This document shows, piece by piece, positions 1 through 6,252 of a stretch of DNA of 60,135 nt (position 1 is the stretch's first letter; every line of letters starts with the position of its first letter). Origin of the DNA: a virus; IMG/VR virus record IMGVR_UViG_3300045988_044599, one strand, 5' to 3'. Under the pieces are notes generated by a model. That model was not told where the DNA came from and did not search any database. It saw nothing but the letters and a program-made list of their open reading frames with translations. The position numbers were made by a program, and so were the translations under genes.

Positions 1-55
1 TTTCTACCTTGGCTCCTGCGACTGGGCTTGAACCAGTGACCGTCCGATTAACAGT
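1..55 (-). repeat. attL core: 55-bp direct repeat carrying a truncated tRNA-Asn 3' part
   Basis: Bases 1-55 are identical to 60081-60135. The reverse complement reads A-CTGTTAA-TCGGA-CGGTC-ACTGG-TTCAAGC-CCAGT-CGCAGGA-G-CCA, i.e. anticodon loop GTT, variable loop, T-arm, acceptor 3' strand and CCA. Bases 56-80 cannot supply the complementary 5' half, so this is the partial copy. Confidence 0.9.
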
Positions 56-121
56 TAGAGAGTTTGATAGAATACCCCTTGGAACGATTGGGCAAAACGG
101 CTTCATTTCAACGGTTTAACC

Positions 122-184
122 TCACTTGAGGGTCACTTGACCCGCAAGTGAAGGTTAAATGGAAGTCTGAGAATGTCTGAGAAT
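122..184. promoter_or_regulatory. candidate arm-type recombinase/accessory-factor binding sites next to attL
   Basis: TCACTTGA occurs at 122-129 and 133-140, with an inverted copy at 145-151. GTCTGAGAAT occurs in tandem at 165-174 and 175-184. One more GTCTGAGAAT lies at 59999-60008 beside attR. Confidence 0.4.
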
Positions 185-204
185 ATGGAAGCGAGGAGGT
201 AATC

Positions 205-1560
205 ATGGCACGCAAAGCAAGAAACGGCATCGTCTACCCATACAAAGTCGAACGGAAAAAGAAGCTGGCCGATGGCACAATCAAGGCTTACCCCAGCTTC
301 GAGTTCAAGATCGACGGGAAGACCTACAGCTGCAAGAAGTACGCCGACGCGAACCGGCGTCTGACCGAACTGCTCCAAGAGCGAGCCAAATTCGGCAGCA
401 CCAGCAACACGTCAGTCACGTTGGGCGCATATTCGGAACAATGGTTGGAACGACGGCAGAGGGATGCAGACCCGAAGACTTTCGCCAACTATCGAACCAT
501 CGTCCGCAAGCATCTGCGCCCATACCATTCGCAGAAAATGGCGAACATGAACGCCGCAGTCTGCGACCGCATCGTAAATGGTCTCACCGTCGCGAAGACC
601 ATCGATGGCAAGAAAATGCACGTGAAGGCCAGTCTCAGCCTCCGCCGCCAGACGCACACCACATTGAACCAGATTTGCAATGCCGCCGTAGCGGATAGGA
701 TTCTCCCCACGAACCCAATGGGTGGCGTCCCCACTCCGAAGGACAAGGACATCAGTCTTGCCGACGAACGCAAGAACGAAACGCACGAGCGTACCGCATT
801 CACCGACGATGAAGCCAAACGCATCCTCCAAGCCGCCAACGAACTAGGCATACGGAACGGCGCGAGGGAATGGTTCAGACTATGCACCGGTATGCGCCCA
901 GGCGAAATCTTGGGGGCTTCACTCCAAGACCTCGAACTGACCACCACGGCAAACGGCATCCCCTACGGCGAATACACCGTCAACTGGAAACTGGAGGAAT
1001 TGAAGAAGGAGCACGGTTGCGGCGAACCAGACCGTAAAGGCGTATACCCGTGCGGATACAAGCGTGGTGCCGCATGTCCGCAATGGCGTTGGCGCATTCC
1101 AGACGGCTTCGACATGATCGAGCTGCAAGGCCGCTGGTGTCTCACCCCGCCGAAATCGAAGCGTGGAAGGAAAGTGCCAATCATTCCAGCATTGGCGCAG
1201 ACACTCGAAGCATACTTGGTGGATACCGCCGAAATACCGAATCCACATGGACTCCTGTTCCGTCATGATGACGGCTCACCCATCGAGCCGGAAGAGGACA
1301 TCGAACAGTTCCGCAAACTGTTGGAAGCGGCGGGAGTACCCAATGCGGAGCATAGGAGCCGTCACGAAACCCGTCATACCGTCGTTACCATCCTCATGTC
1401 AATGGGCGTGGATGTCGGACTGGTCGAGGAAATCGTGGGCCATTCAAGCAGACTCATGGTGGAACATTACCGTCATGCCGGGTTGAAGGAACGGTTGGCC
1501 GCAATGGAAACGATGAACTCCGCATTAGACTTGAAGCAGATAGAACGGGCTGGCGAATAG
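205..1560 (+). CDS. int: tyrosine-family phage integrase
   Basis: 451-aa ORF adjacent to attL. Catalytic signature: R in LCTGMRPGEILG, HETRHT, and GHSSRLMVEHYRH. It has a basic N-terminal arm-binding-like region, and AGGAGG lies upstream of the ATG. Confidence 0.95.
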   Translation: MARKARNGIVYPYKVERKKKLADGTIKAYPSFEFKIDGKTYSCKKYADANRRLTELLQERAKFGSTSNTSVTLGAYSEQWLERRQRDADPKTFANYRTIVRKHLRPYHSQKMANMNAAVCDRIVNGLTVAKTIDGKKMHVKASLSLRRQTHTTLNQICNAAVADRILPTNPMGGVPTPKDKDISLADERKNETHERTAFTDDEAKRILQAANELGIRNGAREWFRLCTGMRPGEILGASLQDLELTTTANGIPYGEYTVNWKLEELKKEHGCGEPDRKGVYPCGYKRGAACPQWRWRIPDGFDMIELQGRWCLTPPKSKRGRKVPIIPALAQTLEAYLVDTAEIPNPHGLLFRHDDGSPIEPEEDIEQFRKLLEAAGVPNAEHRSRHETRHTVVTILMSMGVDVGLVEEIVGHSSRLMVEHYRHAGLKERLAAMETMNSALDLKQIERAGE

Positions 1561-1580
1561 AAGCCCTAAAACGCAGAAAC

Positions 1581-1614
1581 GCCCCTCCCCCAGCGTAATC
1601 GCTGAGAGAGGGGC
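1581..1614. terminator. GC-rich hairpin between convergent int and lysis genes (bidirectional terminator candidate)
   Basis: Outer stem GCCCCTC...GAGGGGC with an inner CAGCG/CGCTG stem. On the minus strand it is followed by GTTTCTGCGTTTT. A perfect palindrome TTCTCTAACAT-C-ATGTTAGAGAA lies at 1658-1680. Confidence 0.5.
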
Positions 1615-1691
1615 AAACTTGTACAGGACGTACTAGTTGGGCATAGTATTCTTACACTTCTCTAACATCATGTTAGAGAAATGAAAGGTTT

Positions 1692-1967
1692 CTACTCGGA
1701 ATACTTTGCCTTCAACTCGCTGACGCCAATCAAAGCGCCAACCAAGACGGCCAGAGCGTTCAACGTGGTCACGATCTGGTCAACGCATGGAAGGTTCCAT
1801 GCTGGGCCGACCACATGCACGAACACAGCCAAAGCGGGCAACGCGATAAGCGCCAACCACTTCAGCACCTTGTACGCTTCGTCCGGCAGGATGTAGTTGT
1901 TTTCTTCGCCTGTTTCTTCCTGCGGCTTTTCGCCGTCATTCTGAGTCTCCTTGACTTCATTGACCAT
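1692..1967 (-). CDS. holin (Dp-1-like, two predicted TM helices)
   Basis: 91 aa, immediately downstream of the endolysin gene. An acidic N-terminus is followed by LKWLALIALPALAVFVHVVGPAW and IVTTLNALAVLVGALIGV. Confidence 0.7.
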   Translation of the reverse strand: MVNEVKETQNDGEKPQEETGEENNYILPDEAYKVLKWLALIALPALAVFVHVVGPAWNLPCVDQIVTTLNALAVLVGALIGVSELKAKYSE

Positions 1968-1978
1968 AATCGGTCTCC

Positions 1979-3241
1979 TTACCAGTAGAGGGTTTCGCCT
2001 GGATAGATCAACGCCGGGTTGCCCGAACGATAACCGTGGATGCTGTACATGTTCACTCTGTAGTATCCGGCGATGCCGCTCAACGTGTCACCGGAGCGGA
2101 CGGTGTAACGGTGAGTGCTGTACGTGTTGCTGACCGGCTGACGTGCGACGCCGGTACCACGACGGCAGACCGTCTCGCCAGCGTAGATGATGTTCGGGTT
2201 GCCCGAACGATAACCTGTGTACTGGTTCCAGCTGCCGCCATTACGTGCAGCGATGGTGCTAAGAGTGTCACCACTCTTGACGGTCACGCAGACGCTACCG
2301 CAGTTCGTGTTGGCCGGAGCGCTCACTGTCGAGCCTCCACCCAAACGCTGGTTCACAATCGCCATCACACGGTCGTAGGCACCGCCAAGAGCCTGACGAC
2401 GCTCGTTGCCATTGCCATACACGCCACGAATCACCTTCGTAGCCATATCGCCGTAGTCCGGCGTAGTAGTCACCTGCGGCTTAACCGGGTCATGACGAAC
2501 CTCGGTCTTGGTCTTGCCACGATCACCATTAGCGATCTTCTGCCAAGCGTCACGCTCACCGAAGAACAGGTTAAGGTCAAGCGGGCCGACACCGTTCAGA
2601 TAGCCGGTAGACGCATACTGCACCATGCCCTCGCCCTTGCTGCCCGCATTCCACGGAGTGGACTGCCAGCCAGTCGCGTTCATCGAAGCGTACTGGGCCT
2701 TCCACAACATGCAGTGGGAGCGCACATCGGACGGAATCTGATACACGGCGCTGTCCTGAACGTATACCATGGGCCACACCTTGGTACGCGAATACACTTG
2801 GTTCACCCACTGGCGCACCCAGTCACCGTTACCCCAAGCTGCGTTGCCGTTGGACTCCCAGTCCAACGCGAGCACGCACTGGCCCACATAGCCGTTGAAC
2901 TGGTTGAGATAATGGTTCACCTCCGCCGTGACGTTGCCACCGTCCGCGTAATGGTAGCCACCGCAAGCCTTACCGGTCTGCCGCGCCCAATCGGTCTGGC
3001 TACGCCAAGACGGATTCACGTAGCCGCCACCCTCCGTGATCTTCACGATGGCCGCGTCAGCGTCCACCACGCGCGTCACATCAGCGGACTGCCAACCTGA
3101 TACGTCGATCACGTTCATGTTCGCGCTGGCGACCGGCGCGACAGCGACGCACAACACCGCAGCCAACGCGGTCAACGGCCTGCCAATATGCCGACGCAGA
3201 CGCTTGTGCTTCGGCTTGCCTTTGTTGTTGAGGATGCCCAC
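1979..3241 (-). CDS. endolysin: signal peptide, GH25 muramidase and two LysM repeats
   Basis: GH25-like NVIDVSGWQ...KITEGGGYVNP...GGYHYA. LysM repeats VTVKSGDTLSTIAARNG..IYAGETV and YTVRSGDTLSGIAGYY..IYPGETL. The ORF track runs to 3388 (TTG), but the GTG at 3241 follows GGAAGGAGAGG and opens a K/R-rich plus hydrophobic leader ending AVAPVASA. Confidence 0.9.
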   Translation of the reverse strand: MGILNNKGKPKHKRLRRHIGRPLTALAAVLCVAVAPVASANMNVIDVSGWQSADVTRVVDADAAIVKITEGGGYVNPSWRSQTDWARQTGKACGGYHYADGGNVTAEVNHYLNQFNGYVGQCVLALDWESNGNAAWGNGDWVRQWVNQVYSRTKVWPMVYVQDSAVYQIPSDVRSHCMLWKAQYASMNATGWQSTPWNAGSKGEGMVQYASTGYLNGVGPLDLNLFFGERDAWQKIANGDRGKTKTEVRHDPVKPQVTTTPDYGDMATKVIRGVYGNGNERRQALGGAYDRVMAIVNQRLGGGSTVSAPANTNCGSVCVTVKSGDTLSTIAARNGGSWNQYTGYRSGNPNIIYAGETVCRRGTGVARQPVSNTYSTHRYTVRSGDTLSGIAGYYRVNMYSIHGYRSGNPALIYPGETLYW

Positions 3242-3278
3242 ATCCTCTCCTTCCCGCCCCAAGTCAAGGGCAAATAGA

Positions 3279-3305
3279 AAAGCCATCCCGAAATTGGATG
3301 GCTTT
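3279..3305 (-). terminator. hairpin with T-rich tail upstream of the endolysin start (attenuator/terminator candidate)
   Basis: AGCCATCC-loop-GGATGGCT stem. The minus-strand RNA continues TTTTCTATTTGCC. Confidence 0.4.
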
Positions 3306-3400
3306 GAAGTGTGAAAATCAATGCCTGTGCGCGCCATGATTGAACATGATGACGAGCGCGAGCAACAGCAGGTATATGCCGCCTGCAATCATGAGACGTG

Positions 3401-3790
3401 TCATTGCCGGTCCTCCAAATATTTTTCGGCGGCAGCAACTATCCAGCATTGCGCGTCCAATTTCTCAAGCTTCGACAATTCGTAGCTGACGGCCTCGCTG
3501 TGGTCGGTGTCCTTGTCGCCGTAAATCAGGCTGATGATCGTGTTTTTTATCGTGTCACGGCACAACTCGTCCATCCGCTCGTCGAATTTCTCGGTGCGTT
3601 CGCCAAGCTGTCGGGTCTTGGCGAAATGCTGGGAAAGTGGACTGTCGTACGGCAACCGTTCCGGCCGCACGTGCGAGTACAGACCGGTCGCCAGCGCATC
3701 CAACGCGCCCGGCCAGACTTTCAGGCCGAGCGTGATGATGGCGCACGCGCCACCCACACCCCCGAAACCGGCTAGAAAATTTTGCAGCAC
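3401..3790 (-). CDS. membrane protein heading the lysis cassette (N-terminal TM; holin/antiholin-like role possible)
   Basis: 129 aa with a GTG start. The N-terminus FLAGFGGVGGACAIITLGLKVW is hydrophobic and the rest is hydrophilic. It lies directly upstream of the lysin and holin genes. Confidence 0.55.
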   Translation of the reverse strand: MLQNFLAGFGGVGGACAIITLGLKVWPGALDALATGLYSHVRPERLPYDSPLSQHFAKTRQLGERTEKFDERMDELCRDTIKNTIISLIYGDKDTDHSEAVSYELSKLEKLDAQCWIVAAAEKYLEDRQ

Positions 3791-3825
3791 ATTACTTCCT
3801 CCAATCGGAAAATGGAAAAGAGATT

Positions 3826-3849
3826 AATCCCGTCGATTTCGACGGGATT
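3826..3849 (-). terminator. perfect hairpin downstream of the RBP-like paralog array
   Basis: AATCCCGTCGA-TT-TCGACGGGATT. The minus-strand RNA continues AATCTCTTTTCCATTTTCC. The 20-nt core ATCCCGTCGATTTCGACGGG recurs at 42239-42258. Confidence 0.5.
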
Positions 3850-3857
3850 TGGAAATG

Positions 3858-4265
3858 TCAGGCACGCGTCATCGTGTCGCCGTCGAACCAGTCAAGGCCG
3901 TACTGCCGCAAGCGGTCCCAATCGTCCTGCGAATACAAGCCGATCCGGTTGACCGTCACTGAAACGCCATTGCCGCCGCTGCAGTGCAGCGAGCAATTGC
4001 TACCGCCCTTGTAGACGCCAGCCAACGTCGTGGAACTTTTATATATCACCTGGCAGCTTTCCAGGTCGAAGGCGTCGCGTCTGTTCGTGTTGAAATCAAC
4101 CGCAATCACACAGCCTTGTTTGATTCCGCGCAATACCGCAGCCCAGACGTCGGCCTGGCCGGTGTAGACGTATTTGCCGTCGCTGTTTTGCTTGCAGTCA
4201 CAATTCCAAGCGACGAGTGGCCGCAAGGCTTTTGGATCGGCATATAGGTTGGTGATGAGGCTCAT
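3858..4265 (-). CDS. small tail-associated (RBP/CBM-like) protein, paralog 3
   Basis: 135 aa. The N-terminus MSLITNLYADPKA and C-terminus WFDGDTMTRA are shared with the neighbouring paralogs. Confidence 0.65.
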   Translation of the reverse strand: MSLITNLYADPKALRPLVAWNCDCKQNSDGKYVYTGQADVWAAVLRGIKQGCVIAVDFNTNRRDAFDLESCQVIYKSSTTLAGVYKGGSNCSLHCSGGNGVSVTVNRIGLYSQDDWDRLRQYGLDWFDGDTMTRA

Positions 4266-4284
4266 GCCATCACCCCCGTAAGGG

Positions 4285-4653
4285 TTAGGCGCGTGGCATC
4301 GTATCCCCGTCGAAATATTCGATGCTGTCGAGCAGGGTCTTGTTCGCCTGGTATTCGTCCCACGTGCAGATGAGCATGTTCGTCACTGTGACGGTCGGAC
4401 TGCCTGACTTGACGTGATAACTCATTGATATCGGATAGGAATTGTTGATGATCATCTTGTAGCTGACACGTTGTCTTGCGTTGATGTCGCCATCCGCTCC
4501 GATTATCGAGATAGTGCCGCCTGTGACGTTCACCTCGACGCTGATCTGATATGTCGCCCCATTCACGCTCGGAAGGGTCGTGATATTCACCCACTTGTCG
4601 GCTTTCAGGGTGATGGTCGAGGATGGGCTCGTGCATAGGTTCGTGACCATCAT
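4285..4653 (-). CDS. small tail-associated (RBP/CBM-like) protein, paralog 2
   Basis: 122 aa. N-terminus MMVTNLCTSPSS, C-terminus YFDGDTMPRA. Confidence 0.65.
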   Translation of the reverse strand: MMVTNLCTSPSSTITLKADKWVNITTLPSVNGATYQISVEVNVTGGTISIIGADGDINARQRVSYKMIINNSYPISMSYHVKSGSPTVTVTNMLICTWDEYQANKTLLDSIEYFDGDTMPRA

Positions 4654-5108
4654 CGGACATCACCCGCCCGACGGACCGTCTTAATCGCGTGGCATCGTGT
4701 CCCCCGAGAAGAAGCCCGGAAGCCCCCCCCGAGCGCCGCGTCATACGTGTCGGCGGCTTCCACGCTCAATTCGCTGATGGCCATACCGGAGGGGATGGCC
4801 AGGCGCGTGTCATTGGCGGTCGGGGTGAAGCGGATCGTATATTTCCCGACCGTCTGGGCACTTGGGTATTCGTCCGTGCTGTCGAAAAAGATGCCGATTG
4901 CTTTATTCGTCGTATCGTTGCTGACGATCCTGAACGTGCACACGTATTCCACGCCGACCTCGCACGCGAAAGGCAGGTCGATGTATTCGCCTCTGGTGTT
5001 GGCCAGCGTGCCACCGGTCATGTACTTCGATATGTCGCCGCCCTTTTTGACGACATGGAAGCCGGTGGGGTCGAACTTTGGGTTCGTCCACAGGTTAATC
5101 CTCTGCAT
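4650..5108 (-). CDS. small tail-associated (RBP/CBM-like) protein, paralog 1; its 3' end is frameshifted at a G8 tract
   Basis: 152 aa in the zero frame, starting MQRINLWTNPKF. After the G8 tract the -1 frame reads GLPGFFSGDTMPRD-stop (TAA at 4681-4683), which restores the family C-terminus. The zero frame instead ends in an unrelated Arg-rich tail at 4650. Confidence 0.65.
   Translation of the reverse strand: MQRINLWTNPKFDPTGFHVVKKGGDISKYMTGGTLANTRGEYIDLPFACEVGVEYVCTFRIVSNDTTNKAIGIFFDSTDEYPSAQTVGKYTIRFTPTANDTRLAIPSGMAISELSVEAADTYDAALGGGFRASSRGTRCHAIKTVRRAGDVR
4723..4730 (-). repeat. homopolymer G8 (C8 on the + strand) inside paralog 1
   Basis: Eight consecutive C at 4723-4730, which are codons 127-129 of the 4650-5108 ORF. 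Confidence 0.95.
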
Positions 5109-5268
5109 TCTCGTCTCCCTTCACGCTTTCGAGCACATCCTTGGGGATCAATTTCATGGCCGCGTTGAGCTGGCTGGTCAGGATTGCGATCTGCTTGGTG
5201 AGAGTGCCGATTTGCGCGGAAAGAGAGTCGATGACGTCGTTCGCGTCGGCTGGAATCTGCTGAGTCAA
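5095..5268 (-). CDS. 57-aa coiled-coil protein (below the ORF-track cutoff)
   Basis: TTG start 5-6 nt after AAAGGAGAC. The product is MTQQIPADANDVIDSLSAQIGTLTKQIAILTSQLNAAMKLIPKDVLESVKGDENAED. Its stop overlaps the ATG of the 4650-5108 ORF. Confidence 0.45.
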   Translation of the reverse strand: MTQQIPADANDVIDSLSAQIGTLTKQIAILTSQLNAAMKLIPKDVLESVKGDENAED

Positions 5269-5291
5269 AATGTCTCCTTTGAAATGCGAAA

Positions 5292-5320
5292 CCCCCGCAA
5301 TCCGTGTGGATTGCAGGGGT
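5292..5320 (-). terminator. rho-independent-type hairpin upstream of the paralog array
   Basis: On the minus strand, CCCCTGCAATCC-ACAC-GGATTGCGGGG (one G.U pair) followed by GTTTCGCATTTC. It lies after the stop at 5342. Confidence 0.5.
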
Positions 5321-5341
5321 TGAAAAAATTGGAATGCTGGA

Positions 5342-5656
5342 TTAGTCGGCGGCGGTCATCGTGTCGATACGAGTCACGGCCTTAAGCTCGTCCAAGGTGA
5401 GGGTGCGTCCGAGATTCGTCTTCACGTCCGTGAGAGTGACGGTCTTGCCGGAATCGTCGAACGTGGCGAGCACGCCACGCTGGTAGTCGCGCCAAGATTC
5501 GGCGGTGCCGTCAGCGCTGGAAAACTCCAATCCCAATCGGCACAGTTCAGCTCGCACCGACTCCTTCGGCGGACGCAAATCAAGCACGCCAGACGGCTCA
5601 GAGGGCGTCACGGCAGTAGTGGTATCGGTAGTGGTCTCAGTGGTCACATCGGCCAT
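5342..5656 (-). CDS. hypothetical tail-region protein (Thr-rich N-terminus, C-terminus ...RIDTMTAAD)
   Basis: The ATG at 5656 is preceded by TAAGGAGATTGATT. The ORF track extends to 5725. The C-terminal DTM motif resembles the paralog tails. Confidence 0.55.
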   Translation of the reverse strand: MADVTTETTTDTTTAVTPSEPSGVLDLRPPKESVRAELCRLGLEFSSADGTAESWRDYQRGVLATFDDSGKTVTLTDVKTNLGRTLTLDELKAVTRIDTMTAAD

Positions 5657-5667
5657 AATCAATCTCC

Positions 5668-6252
5668 TTATTGTTGGTTGTTTTGAGGTCGTGGCATGAG
5701 GGATTGGTAAAATCTCTCCTCGCACTCGTCCAGATTTGATTGACTGGACTCGTCATTGAGGAAATCGTCAAGACCCTCAATGTTTTTGGTCATGCTTGTG
5801 TCAATGCCACTCGACGGCTCCTCATCGGAGTCATCAACGGACAGTGTGGCAATGAGATTCGCGTCCGTCTCATTCGACATGACCGGCAGATTCATGCCCT
5901 CACGCGCCTGATTGCGCGCGGCGGTCAGCGGATCGTCCAACACTTCCCCATCGGCGGCGAGCATGCTCACACTGGTGGCGGAATCCGCCAAAGCCGCCTC
6001 CAACGCCTCGAACGCTCCAGTCCACACGCCCCTGCCGGTCTTCGAATCGTATCGGCTCGTGTCCTCCCTGCCCTGCATGATCGCCGCTACCGCCTCACGG
6101 GTCGAAGCCAATCCGAGCAGCGCCTTCCACGAGACGAGCACGTCGGGCGTGAACACGAAACTGTCCGCTCCGTTTATGGGCGGATTGCAGCGGATAATGC
6201 AAAGCCCACTGTTCTCATCCGTTTCGAAAGTCGCTGACAAGATTTCCTCCAA
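5668..6252 (-). CDS. hypothetical acidic protein downstream of the fibre gene
   Basis: 194-aa ORF abutting the stop of the 1635-aa gene. No motif was recognised. Confidence 0.6.
   Translation of the reverse strand: MEEILSATFETDENSGLCIIRCNPPINGADSFVFTPDVLVSWKALLGLASTREAVAAIMQGREDTSRYDSKTGRGVWTGAFEALEAALADSATSVSMLAADGEVLDDPLTAARNQAREGMNLPVMSNETDANLIATLSVDDSDEEPSSGIDTSMTKNIEGLDDFLNDESSQSNLDECEERFYQSLMPRPQNNQQ

Noticed and set aside
2036-3100. 354-aa plus-strand ORF opposite the endolysin gene.
   Set aside because: The minus-strand frame encodes clear GH25 and LysM motifs. The plus-strand frame is a low-complexity shadow ORF.
3858-5108. The RBP-like paralog array considered as a Rin/Min-type shufflon.
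   Set aside because: All cassettes are complete ORFs in the same orientation. I found no inverted repeats between them and no recombinase gene adjacent to them.
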